Shown here piece by piece: positions 12,238 through 24,778 of a stretch of DNA of 64,000 nt. Source of the DNA: Eledone cirrhosa (Eukaryota); contig OZ024742.1 in the NCBI GenBank assembly GCA_964016885.1, positions 82,708,001 to 82,772,000 on the forward strand. The letters are read 5' to 3'. The position numbers were made by a program, and so were the translations under genes. How positions within the stretch are numbered: position 1 is the first letter of the stretch; each line of letters starts with the position of its first letter. The notes under the pieces were generated by a model that saw only the letters and a program-made list of their open reading frames with translations, was not told where the DNA came from and searched no databases.

Positions 12238-15200
12238 CTTTCTTTATTAACCACAAGGGTCTACATAAAGTAGACATTAAGGACAGTACAGGACAATACA
12301 GGGCGGTACAAATGGGCATTTCTGCGTGTAAAAAACAAGAAACAGAGGATGTAATAATAGAACAATGCAAAAATTCCCCAATAGAGGGGAGACTTCCGAG
12401 GGACATTCGTGAATAAAGCCCATTAAAAAGCCACAGTTACCCTGACCACCAGGGCAAGTGACCTCTACCAGTTTTCCACCTCTAATTTACAGACACATAC
12501 TCAGAGTAGACCCATTCACTCGGGCCATTCTTGACTATCTCATCCATCTTTCAACAAAATGCTGGGAAGAGAGCACTTCCCTTTCTACCCTGATTTTCCT
12601 TTTCAAATGAAATTTGAAAAAGTTAATCAGGGCATCACCGAAGAGGTAAGTGCTCGTCTTCAGCCCTTTCAAACTTGTCCACCATACTATCTCTTTCGCC
12701 ATGGCCACCAGAAAGATAAAAACTGCCTGCCCTCCGGGCTAATGTAGAGGGCGGGGCAATCCTCACGATGGACTCAGCTGATAGCTGGATCCTTCCTACA
12801 CGCGACAGAAGGTGTTCGACATAAACCCACAAGTCAGCAATGCTCGGACACTGGACGAGTGCGTGCAGGACGGTTTCGTCGCCCTGCGCGCATCTCGGAG
12901 ATGCCCGGCTGACGGAACCTCCATGGATGTAGAGTTTATCCCGAACTGGCAAAGCTCCTCGGTAGCACTGCCAGGCCAGAGATTTCTGGAAGTTGTCCAT
13001 AGGCCCCGGCCCGAAAGTTCTTCCGAAGAGAGTGGCTAGTTGATTTTCGTCGACGCCTAGAGTTTCCGCAAGTACGCCGTCGCTCTTCCCCTCCACTAAT
13101 CCTCTATAGAACGCCAAGGTGGATTTTCCACCGATCACATTGCCCGATTGGTCGAGGTCTGTGAGCGCCTGAAGACATTCCAGTCTCCAAGCGCTCCCTC
13201 TCGGTCTTCGCTTGACCCAGGACTGCAGGTCCGTCAAGGAAACGAGCTGGGGAAAGTCGCGCCTAGCAAAGGTAGACCACACCTGATCACCGTCGAGGAA
13301 GAGGTGGAGATGTCGTAGCCTGAGCACGTGTCTGCGCATCATCAGCCACGGCATGTCCAACCCGCCACGTAGCGGGTGTGGACAGCACATGGACCGCCTG
13401 ATGATCGGAGCACGTCCCTTCCACAAAAATCGAAAGAGCAAACGCTCCAGCGCAGTCAGGAGGGGTTTACGATAAGGTACGACGGTCAGGCGGTAGCAGA
13501 TGACGGACACGATGTACGCGTTAGCCACCTCCGCTCGGCCTTTCAGGGATAGCTTCCTCTCCGCCCATTTCTGGGTGAGAAAAGCCACCCTGCTCTTCAT
13601 CTCGTCCCAGTTTTAGTCCGTCTGGAAGTCTGGACCTAACCAGACCCCTAGCAATGTAACCAGTCCGTACATCCAGCGCCCCACGACGCTGTTGAACGGC
13701 ATGGATCTGTCTGTCCGGGTGCCGAGCTGCACGCCCACTGACTTTTTCTGGTTGATTATTTCACCTGTCACCGCTTTGTAGTTTCTTAGTGTAGTGCCGA
13801 TCGCCTTGATGTGTTTGGCGTTCGACACCAATACGGTGACAGCGTCCACATACGCTGACACGGATCATCCGCATCCTAGTTCGCGCCGGACGCCCCTCAA
13901 CGTCTCCAGTTTGTGCAGTAATGGCTCGAGAGTCAATACGTACAAGAGGGACGAGAGGGGACATCCTTGGCGGACCGAGAGCATGATGTTGAACGGTTCC
14001 GAAAGGTGACCGTTCACTCTCACCAGAGAGCAGATGTCGCTGTGCATGGCAGCGATCCAGCCTCTGAAGACGGGCTCGAAGCCAGCCGCCTTCAGGACTG
14101 CCGCTAGGTAACGATGGTCGACCCTATCGAAAGCTTTCGACTGATCTAAATTGATCAAGGACCCACCCGTGCCAGTTTCCCTAGCTACCCTCTCTACGAT
14201 GTATCGCATGAGTTGGAGGTTGTCGTGGATGGATCAGTCGGGAATGGCGCATGGTATACACTAATGTCAATCCCTCGACCCTGCCCACCGGTGCCCCCGA
14301 ACCAGCTGAGCGAAGTGTCGTTGAAAAGCTTCACACATTTGCCCGGGATCGAGTAGCATGTGTCCGCTGATGGCTACTAGATCTATGTTTAGTGACCTGA
14401 GGTCGTTGAGCAGGTGGCCCTGCTTCCATGACGACCCCAAGCCACACGCATTTATGCTGCCTATTCTGAGTGAGGTCATGTTGAAATGGAGTGGAAAAGA
14501 TGTGAAAGACCACTTACCTAACTTCTCGTAGAGCAAGGATGGTTTCTCCATCCCTTTTCACTTGATCGTCTAGTGAAGGGACCGTTGGATCGACCCTTCG
14601 GCTGGTCGTCGGCTCTTCTGTGAGTATATCGAATATACTCTCCGGTTGAGTGTCCCTCCTAGGTCTCTGAAATCACCAACTGCGTTGGGGAATTTCGTTT
14701 TAATGTGTGTGTATTGCTTCTGTGCTATTCTTACCAGTCTTATGTTCCTTGGTGTTTTGATTGGTGCTGGTATTATGAAGTCGTGCTGAGAAATGTCTGT
14801 GTGTTCAATTATGTAAGTCATTAGTTTCTTGTTGTGTGTATTTAATGCTGTGCATTTCTTTTTCTGGGGTGGTGTGTGGTTCTGCTGTTTTCTTGTCGTT
14901 GTTGCAGGGTGTGTGTGTTTTGTTGTTGTGTTTGCGATGTTGGTGCTTGTGGTGGTGGTATTGAAGGTGATGTTGTTTGCGGTGGGGTTGCTGCCGGTGG
15001 TGATGGTGGTGCTAGTGTGGGTGGTGATGCTGCTGTAAGTCTCTTTGCAGTAGCCTTTACCCTTTTTTCATTTCTTTCCTCCCTTTTCGAAGGCGACGAT
15101 GCGCTGCTTCTGCGTTTGTGCATCTTGCGACCTTTTGCCATCCCTCTCCCACCTCACACTCCATATCTGATTCTGTGGGGTCGGGGAGGAGTACCCGATC

Positions 15201-16759
15201 CACTCTTTCACTTGTTGTTGTTGGTGATATTTGCAGTGGAGTCTCTGTTGCAGCTGCAGTTGATATTGATGTTGTTGTTGTTAATACTTCCACTGCTGCT
15301 TCTGTTCTTGATTTCCGTGGCTGGCATGGATATGGTTGCCGCCTGTCCTGTTACTGGTTGCAGTGGAGCCAGCTTCGGAAGGAGGGTGGTTTCTCCTTTC
15401 TCAGGGTCTTCTCATTGCAGAAGGCCCTGAGGTGAGTCTTCGATCCACAGCGAAAGCATTTCGGGCATTTGCCCTCAACACTTATGGGCAGTTGAGTGCC
15501 GTTATCGAAGTCTATCACATCCGGGATAGTTTCGATGCACTCCTGGTTGGTTTGGATTAACATCTCAATAGAGGTGCCGACCCAATCTTCTCGAACGTTT
15601 TTCTGTACTTGCAGTACAGTTGTTTTTTCCTCGATTCCGACGAGGACAGACGCGGCCAGCCAAGTGGGGCCATCCCGGGGAGGGAGGAGGGCGTGGGTCA
15701 GTTTGACCCTCACAATTTTTTGTCCGCAGTAGTAGGGCACCAATACCATTTCCTCGCTCCTTAGTGTCACTAAGGATTGAGCCTTTGCCTCCTGGGGTGT
15801 GGCAAAAAGCACGTCCACGGTGGCATATATCTTGCCTCGGGTGATATGCGTTTTCCGTTGCCAAACAGACCCTAAGGCTTTTTGTATTTGAGCCTCTGTG
15901 GCTCTTTCAACCCTACGGGATGTTGTGCTTACTGTACGGTAGGTGACCGTACAGTGCTGTTGGGTTTCGAAAATTGTTCGGCTGCCTTGCAGATTGCTCG
16001 GTGTGCGGTTTTCGTCACCATCTTCTTTGCTTCCTGTAATTCCTCAGTTGTTATAATGAGGGTTTCCAGTTTCTTTGCGATAACTGCAAACGAGATTGGT
16101 TTTTCTTTCTTGTTGTTGTTGTTGTCGACAGAGCTGCTGTTACTTTTGTTGTTGCTTCTGGTACTACGACTACCGCCGCCGCTGTTGCTGTGGTTGTTGT
16201 TGCTGCTGCTGCTGCTGCTGCTGTTGTTGTTGTTTATGCTGCTGCTGATGCTGTTGCGGCTGCTACTGTTATTTTCCTTGTCACTGTTGCTGCTGCTGCT
16301 GTTATTACGGCTGCTACTGCCATTATTCATGACGTCAGACGAATGAAATGGCTTTCCGTATTTACCGCACACATTTTTCGTCGTTGTCGTCGTCGTGGAG
16401 AAATGTTCCACGGTATGCACGTGCTCTTGGAAACTATCAGAAACTATATTTTTCTTTTTCTTTACTGGCGTCTGATGCAGTGACGATTGAGGAAGAAGAC
16501 GGAATGAGTGGGAGTGAGTTGTGAAAATTCTTTTTTGTAACCCTGTTTATTTTGGGTTTAAAATGAATATTGGGCACGAAACCCCAATAAGCGGTTATTT
16601 TACCCTGAAGGGCCAAATAACGGGCAGAAAACCCCCTCTCACGAGGAGGAGGGTGTTTTTATCTACAATTTGGTTAAAGTTTTAAACAATTTACAATTGT
16701 TATAGCTGTTAAACATTACTACACCTTACAGAGCCGAGCCTCCGTCAACCATGGCATTC
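12237..16759 (-). mobile_element. Tx1-clade element copy 2, both ends intact, two internal ORF2 deletions
   Basis: Same 5' end; AATAAA then (TTA)n tail; intact CX2CX4HX4C knuckle; deletion junctions near 14253 and 14363. Confidence 0.93.
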
Positions 16760-16772
16760 AATAATAATAATA

Positions 16773-19700
16773 GATATAGAAATTGATCAGATCAAGCTAT
16801 TAGCACAAAGTCAGCGAAGATGAAACATGTGTCAGTGAAAACGAGGTAAATTGTAACACTTCGAATCCCAGAGTTGGGGCGGAATCACTGAGAACAGAAC
16901 AAATTAAAGAAAGGGTCGAAAAAGTGGAGGGAGTGCATGCTCAAGATAAAACTCAAAATGAAAACAATGAGATCGTAAATGATAAAGAAATGAATGAGAA
17001 TGAACTTGCCAACTTGAAGGATGAAATTATGATCGAATGGATGAAAATGAAAGAATCTGACATGGGGGAACGAGACACTCTCCCTAAGTTTCAGAACTCC
17101 AAACAGAACCAAAACATAATACACAAGACAAACAGAATTCTCAAAAACATTATCATCACAAACAAACTAAAGATTACTGATTTAAATCATCTCTATTATG
17201 TATCGGCTAAAGTCACTACTCACTTATGTCGAGTTAAAATGAAAAAAATAAAGGAATTCTCACAAGAAATCTACTTGGCAATAGAACATCAATAGAACAT
17301 CAATCGCCAAATAAACCTTCTCCGATCTGACATAGAAATTTTAACAAAGTACAAAGTAGGTGAACATGTTAAACAAACTAAACTTAGAAAATTGAAAAGA
17401 AAATACAGTATAAAATCAACAATTGACATAGACATACTGATAGAAATAACCAAGCAAAAAGTGTCGGCCAAAGCTACTCGTATAAGGCGCTTTGAAAAAT
17501 GATCTACATTCTATAAGGACAAAAATATGATAAAAAAAAAAAAAAACTTCTACAGAAAAATTGGCAAGTCAACAATAACTGCTAAATTAATACCACCCAA
17601 GGAGGAAGTGCAAGAATTCTGGGAAAAGTGCAAGAATTGGATTAAAAAGTTCATAACATACATGCCCCATGGATAGATAGACAAATGAAAGATACAGCTC
17701 ACCTTGAGGAACAAATATGGGAAAATATAACAGTTGAACAGTTGCGTTTGGCTCTTAGAAAAAACCAGCAAATGGAAATCCCCTGGAAAAGAAAAAGTAC
17801 CAAATTTTTGGATAAATGTCTTCACAGAGTCTCATGAGCTGTTAGCCCAACTTTACAATGAAATAGTTAAGGAGCCAGAAAAGATACCATCATGGCTAGT
17901 TAACGGCATTACACTCCTGCTTCCGAAGAATGATGAGACAAACAATCCCCAAAATTACAGACCGATATCTTGCTTGATCACAATGTATAAAATTTTAACA
18001 TCAGTCCTAACTGAATATACATATGACCACCTGATAACAAATGATCTATTTCCCAATGAGTAGAAAGGGTGTAAACGAGGCTCATATGGCTGTAAGGATC
18101 AGCTTTTGGTTAACAAAATGATACTGGAAGGTTGTCATAATAGACACACGAATCTATCAATTGCTTGGATAGATTATTAAAAAGCATACGATAGTTTGCC
18201 ACACAGTTGCATTGAAAAGTGTATAGAGATTTTCAAAATATCTCCCGTTGTCAGGAGGTTCCTCTCTTTCAGTATGAAGACATGGCAAACGAGACTCCTT
18301 TGAATAGTGAAAAAAAAATCACTGGAAGCTGGAGAAGTTAATATTAATTGTGGAATTTTTCAGGGTGACTTTTTATCACCGCTTTTATTCTGCATCGCAG
18401 TTATACCATTCAGTAAAATGCACAATGAAAGAAAACATGGATATAGAGTCTATGACAAAACCCTTAATCACTTGTTCTACATGGATGACCTGAAAATATT
18501 TGCAAAAAATGATGAACAATTGGAAGGTCTATTATCCACTGTGGAGCAGTTTAGTTATGACATTAAAATGGAGTTTGGACTAGATAATTGCGTTCATGGA
18601 AAGCTGCTGAAAAGTTCAGACATTAATCTTGATCGGGGGAATGTGATAAGAGAATTTGCTCAATAGGAAACTTACAAATATCTAGGTGTTTGTGAAGGAG
18701 ACGGAATCAAGCATTCGACAATGAGGGAAAGGATAAGGAAGGAATGTTACCGAAGCGTAAGAGCAATCTTAAGAACGGAATTGAATGCAAGGAATAGGAT
18801 CGATGCCATAAACACGCTTGCCATACCAGTAGTAACCTACAGTTACAATGTCATCAACTGGTCAAGCACAGAGATCCGTAGGCTCGATACAAAAATCCGA
18901 AAATTCTTAACCATGCACAGAATGCATCACCCTAAGGCAGACATAGATAGAATATATCACCCTAGGAAAGAAGGAGGACGTGGGTTAATCCAGTTAGACA
19001 TTGCGTTGAAAACTGCAACAATTGGATTATCCACATATCTAAGAGAATCACATGATTGGATGATCAAACTCGTTTTGAAACACGAAAGCACCAAAAGATC
19101 ATATTCCATTACAAAAGATGCACAAAGATACAGTAATGGACTACAAATTTCAGAAGTCCCATTTACTGCTGAAATGGAAAACACAGAAAAAGCAAAGCAG
19201 GAAAAAGTAACTGCAAAGAAAGAACTGCTACAGAAACTGGCTAAGAAATGGCAAGAAAAGCCTCTGTATGGAAAATACCCAGAGCGAGCTAACAATCCTG
19301 ATGTTGACAAAACTTTAACCCATCAGTGGTTGGCATCCTCTGGACTGAAATCGGAGACTGAAGGACTGATTATATCCGCACAAGATCAGTGTCTGCCAAC
19401 AAAAAATTACCAAGCCAACATAATAAAAAATGGGTGCAGCCCATTATGCCGTGTATGCAAAAAACAACCAGAGACCATTGACCATATAATTTCAATGTGC
19501 AGTCCTATAGCTCCAACCGAATACCTAAACAGGCATGACAGAGCTGCACAATACATACATTGGATAATGTGTAAGCATTTTGACCTGCCCCATCAAAAGA
19601 ATTGGTGGGAGCATCAACCACCTCCCATACTTGAAAAAGATCACATCTCAATCTTGTGGAACTTTAGCATCCAAACAGACCGAAAAATAGATGCAAATAG

Positions 19701-20153
19701 ACCTGATATAATATTGAAGGACTTTCAAAGGAGGGTATGCCTGCTAATTGATATGTCTGTTCCAATAGACAAGAATGTATCTATAAAAACATTTGAAAAA
19801 TTGAGCAAGTATAAGGACCTGGAGATAGAAATTAGAAAAATGTGGAAATTGAGAACTAAAACAATACCAGTGGTTGTAGGCGCTCTGGGAATGATACCTA
19901 AGGGGTCTAACGACTACTTATCGCAAATCCCAGGAAACCCGCGTATAGGAGAAATACAAAAGATAGTACTAATGGGAACTGCCCATATACTAAGGAAGAT
20001 CCTGTCAATATAAGTACATCACAAGTCTAAACACTAAGGATGCATGTGTGAATATGTGTGTTCTTTCTTGAACATGGCGGACCTTGTTGTCTCTTGAGGT
20101 CACTGGTTGTGACTTGGTGATAACTCGTATAAACATAAAGCAAGATAAATGCA
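16773..20153 (+). mobile_element. R4/Dong-clade RLE non-LTR retrotransposon, family B, degraded copy
   Basis: WKSPG, NYRPI, GIFQGD.LSPLLF, HLFYMDD, CRVC..ETIDHIIS.C, RHD, RPDI..D..LIDMSVP..K..KY; (TAA)n tail 20154-20186. Confidence 0.92.
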
Positions 20154-20183
<30 letters not shown>

Positions 20184-20187
<4 letters not shown>

Positions 20188-21050
20188 CACGAGGTGACGG
20201 AGGTCATGAAATCGCTCCCGTAAGTTTTGAATTTTTAACATATTTAAATCATTTGTGAAATAACAACTCTTAGTACAAATGCTACGTAAAGCACCCGGCT
20301 TGAGCCCAAAAAAATTCGAACCCAAAATATATTGTTATAAGGCTCAAATATTCAAATATTCAACTTTGTATTGTACACTGTATATCCAAAAAAGAAAATG
20401 GCTATAAATGGAAGAAGACCCCCCCCCCTCCTCTCCTCTGTCTACACTATATAGGACAGCCAAACTCACCAACACCAGAAACTAGATACACCACCCACCC
20501 CATCATCTGTGTACACTAAACACAACAGCCAGATAACGGCATTTTCACCTCCACCACCACCGCTCACTACGGCCATCATTACCACCACTATCCCATCACC
20601 GCCGCCACCACCCCTTCACTCCTTCACTGCTGCCACCGCTACAGCACCATCACTACAGTAATACGGTCACATCACCGCCACCACTGCCTCGGTATCGACA
20701 CCACCACCACCACTGTCTCAGTATCGCTACCGTCGCCAGTCTCCCACTTCTCCCTGCTGGCTGCTACTTCCACATTATAGAATTCCTACTACTAACAAAG
20801 AGGAAGGCATCAAAATATATAGCTAGACTCAAAAGAAAAAAGAAAAAACAAACAACAAAACCAAAGCAGCACAGCCAGAACAGCAAAAACGAGAAAAACA
20901 AACAGAGGAAAACAAAAACAAAAAAAGAAACCCCAAAAACGTAAAGAAATAAGAATGAAGAGAGAAGCAGGCGGACGGACAGAGAAGAGGGGGAAAAACT
21001 AAAACTTAAAAAACAAAAACTAAGTCAGACATTCGAACACTACATTACAA
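20184..21050 (+). mobile_element. Probable 5' end (UTR + low-complexity ORF1-like start) of a Tx1-related element
   Basis: aatgcacgaggtgacggagg..gctcccgtaagttttgaatttt resembles the Tx1 5' end aatgctatggttgacggagg.ctcggctctgtaaggtattttaaatttt; ATGGCTA at 20398, a similar distance from the start; CCA-rich coding-like tract follows. Confidence 0.45.
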
Positions 21051-21119
21051 TGAAACTTATGCTTATTCATTTTTGGGGCCCTTTCTGCCTGTGTGTTTGT
21101 TTGTTTATGTGTGTTCGTA

Positions 21120-24100
21120 TACAGCGTGGTGATAATGCCACACAAGGGCCAAGTGGGATGGCGGATCCACAGATGGCTATGTAACCATACATTCGCCAAT
21201 CCTCTATAAGAGTGTTTAAATATCGAACATAAACAGTTCGAATAACGGTGAAATGGAGACTAGAACGTCATGTGACAGACTCTCACCCAACAGGTGCCCC
21301 CTGGCTCAGCAGCAGGAACCTGACTGTCAACCAAATACTGCTGATGTTGGAGGAAGAAGAAGAAGGAAAGGGGCCAGAATAACTGGACGAAAGAATTGAA
21401 TAGAACTGTTATGCAATGCTACCTGAAAAGTAACCCCAAGGAGAGGGGCTACATGAGACGGATGCATAACATCTGGAACGAGATTGGTTTATTTAAATTA
21501 GATGAACAAAAATCGGCCGGGCAGGCTCGGGTAATAAGAACTAATGGGTGGATAAGCGAGCTGGAACTGGAGGAACTGAGCAGAGAGAATGGCTTGGAGG
21601 TGGCGGGAGTAGTATGCCAGACAAGCGAGCCAGTGGGAAATGAAGGTGAAGAGGTCCTGAGAACGGAGGAACCACCCGAAGCAGACAATGATCTGAATAC
21701 TGAGATAAATAATACCTGGAACAGAGATACGGCCACTGAGGAGATAAATGCTGACGGGCTAGGACAAGATTTGGTTGACATCCTAAATTTAGTGGTAGAT
21801 GAATTGAACAATGATAGTGGGAGACCTATGAACCTAAGATTTGTAGACAGGAAAAAGTTAAAAGAAACAACAGCTAAGGTAAACAGAGTCATCCCATACC
21901 TTGAGGCGAGGAGCCTTCACCAGTGCAACAATATCCTCAAAGCAACAGCAAATACGGTGAGGAAACTACTTGGTATAAAAGCGAGAGGAATCAACTGACA
22001 TGAAAGAGCAGAGCCGTGGTGGAAGAGGCGACTGAGTGGGCAAATCGGGGAAATGAGAAATGACATAGGAAAGCTTGAGTCACTACTGAATGGGACACTA
22101 AAAAACATAGGCACTAAAAATAGACTGGAAATAAAATACAAAACTAGGAGTAAAAAGCTAAGTATTATCATAGAGGAATTGAAGCAACGCATTGTAGCAA
22201 AGAGTGCAAAAATCAGGCGATACGAGAACAGAGTCAGTCAGTATAAACAGAACCGCATGTTCGACAACAACCAGAAGATGCTGTTTGGACAGCTTGAGGG
22301 GAAAGAAAGAGGCAACGACTTGATCCCTCTGGCGGAACAAACTAAAACATTCTGGAGAGGAATATGGGAGCAGGATGTTAGACATAATGCCCAGGCAGGG
22401 TGGATTGAGACAGTACAGAGGGAGATCGGTGAGCAGGCACAACAACAAACTGATTTGAGTATCACAGTTGAAACTCTTAAGGGGCAGGCCAAAAAACTAA
22501 CCAACTGGAAATCACCAGGCCCAGATGGTGTGCAGGGGTATTGGATTAAACATTTAACATCCCTCCACCCGAAGCTGACGGCCATGTTCAATGACTGCTT
22601 GGTGTCGGGTGAGGTGCCAGAGTGGTTGACAAAAGGTACCACAGTTCTGATAATGAAAGACCGAATCAAGGGTAATGATGTTACCAACTATAGACCTATC
22701 ACATGTCTGTCCGTAATGTGGAAACTGTTGACGAGCATTGTGTCTGAGGAAATCTACCATCACCTCCACACAAACAACTTGTTACCGGACGAACAGAAAG
22801 GATGCCGAAAGAAGTCACGTGGTACAAAGGACCAGTTACTTATTGATAAGATGGTAATGGGGAATTGCAGGAGGAGACACACTGATCTTGCCATGGGATG
22901 GATAGACTACAGAAAGGCATTTGACATGGTGCCTCATTCTTGGATCACCAAAAGCCTGGAGATCTTCAGGGTGGCAGATAACATCAGACAGTTGCTGGGC
23001 AGGAGTATGGGGTCCTGGGAGACAGAGTTGACATCAACTGGAGTATCCTTGGGAAGCGTGAAGATCAAGAGAGGTATCTTCCAGGGAGATAGCCTGTCCC
23101 CTCTGTTGTTTGTCCTTGCCCTAATGCCCTTGACCATTATGCTGCGAAAAGTGAGAGCAGGATACAAGTTGGGAAGGGGAGAGCTTACCATCAATCACCT
23201 CCTCTTCATGGACGATCTTAAGCTCTTCGGGAAAAGTGAGAAGGAGTTGGATGTGCTTGTTGACACTGTACGTATTTTCAGCAGTGATATATGTATGCAG
23301 TTTGGTATTGGTAAATGTGGAGTCATTGTGATAAGGAGGGGTAGGTTGAGCAGAAGTAGCGGGATCCAGATACCAACAGGTGAGATGATAAAGGAAATTG
23401 ACTCTGAGGAAGGATACAAGTATTTGGGCGTTCTGGAGGCTGATGGCATAAAGAACAAAAAAATGAAGGAATTGTTAAGAACTGAATACATTCGGAGAGT
23501 AAGGAACGTATTGAAGTCACATCTGAACAGCAGAAATGCCATAAGCGCAGTAAATTCCCGAGCTGTGTCTATTATTAGGTACAGTGCGGGAATTCTGAGA
23601 TGGAATGTTGCTGAACAAAAAGAAATGGATAGGAAGACTAGGAAGCTATTGACTATCTACAACATGTTCCACAAGAGGAGTGATGTCGATAGACTCTACC
23701 TAAGGAGATCTGAGGGTGGAAGAGGTCTTATCAGCATAGAGGACTGTGTTCAGATGGAGAAAAACAACCTATACAAATACGTGACCTATAGTAAGGAGCC
23801 AATGCTCAAAACTGTACTGAAGGAGGGGACAGTAGGCCAGGGGATGTCCAAGGAGGAAATAACATCAAGGAGGAAGAGCAGCCTTAAGGGAAATTCCCTT
23901 CATAGTACCTTCTTTGAGAAAACTGAATTTAGAGATCCACAGACATGGAACTGGTTGAGAAGAGGAGACCTCAAAAAGGCTACAGAAGGAATGATAATGG
24001 CTGCGCAGGAGCAGGCCCTCAAAACGAAGTGGTTGAAGCACCATATTTACAAGGAGGAGGCTAGCCCACTGTGCAGGATCTGTGGAGAGAGAGAGGAGAC

Positions 24101-24720
24101 TGTGGCTCACATTGTGTCCGAGTGTAAACACCTAGCCCAGACCCACTATAAGGGCTGGAGACACGATGTGATGGGCAGGGTGATCCACTGGCACCTGTGC
24201 AAAGTAAACAATTTACCACATTCTGAGAAATGGTATGAGCATAGGCCGGAGGCGGTGATGGAGAACAATCAGGTGAAGGTGCTGTGGGATTTTAGGATAC
24301 AGACGGACAAAAAACTGGAACACAATAGACCTGACCTGGCGGTTGTGGACAAAGAAAAAAGATCGTGTCTGATTGTGGATGTGGCCTGCCCGTTCGACAC
24401 GAGAGTGCAAGAGAAGGAGAGGGAGAAAATTAACCGATACCATGACCTAAAGTGGGAGGTGAAAAGGATTTGGAACTGCCATGAAGTCAAAGTGATCCCG
24501 ATTCTCATAGGCGCACTGGGGACTATCTCCAAAAGTTTCCAGGGATGGTTAAAGAAAATCGGCCCCTTCACGCTTTTTGGAACGCTTCAAAAGGCATGCT
24601 TGCTTGGAACAGCAAGAACCCTCCGATACGTCCTGAATATCTGAGGCTGCAGGTAGTGACTTGATATTCATTCCAACGGACTTTCCAGTTAACCAACATC
24701 AATGACTGAGATTCAAGGAA
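21120..24720 (+). mobile_element. R4/Dong-clade RLE element, family C, near full-length
   Basis: N-terminal WTKELNRTVMQCY..P.ERGY..RM..IW domain; RT FMDD; CRICGEREETVAHIVSEC; RHD; RPDL..VD...IVDVACP; (TAA)n tail; 5' boundary approximate. Confidence 0.92.
21253..24644 (+). pseudogene. Family C polyprotein (N-terminal domain + RT + CCHC + RLE) with few lesions
   Basis: ORFs 21396-21998 and 22053-24644 are in the same frame, split by a TGA at 21996-21998; probable frameshift near 21380 from ATG 21253. Confidence 0.85.
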
Positions 24721-24727
24721 TAACAAC

Positions 24728-24775
<48 letters not shown>

Positions 24776-24778
<3 letters not shown>

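Noticed and set aside
21996-21998. In-frame TGA in family C as programmed readthrough or selenocysteine
   Set aside because: Single copy, no SECIS identified, and another lesion lies nearby; a simple nonsense mutation is more likely.
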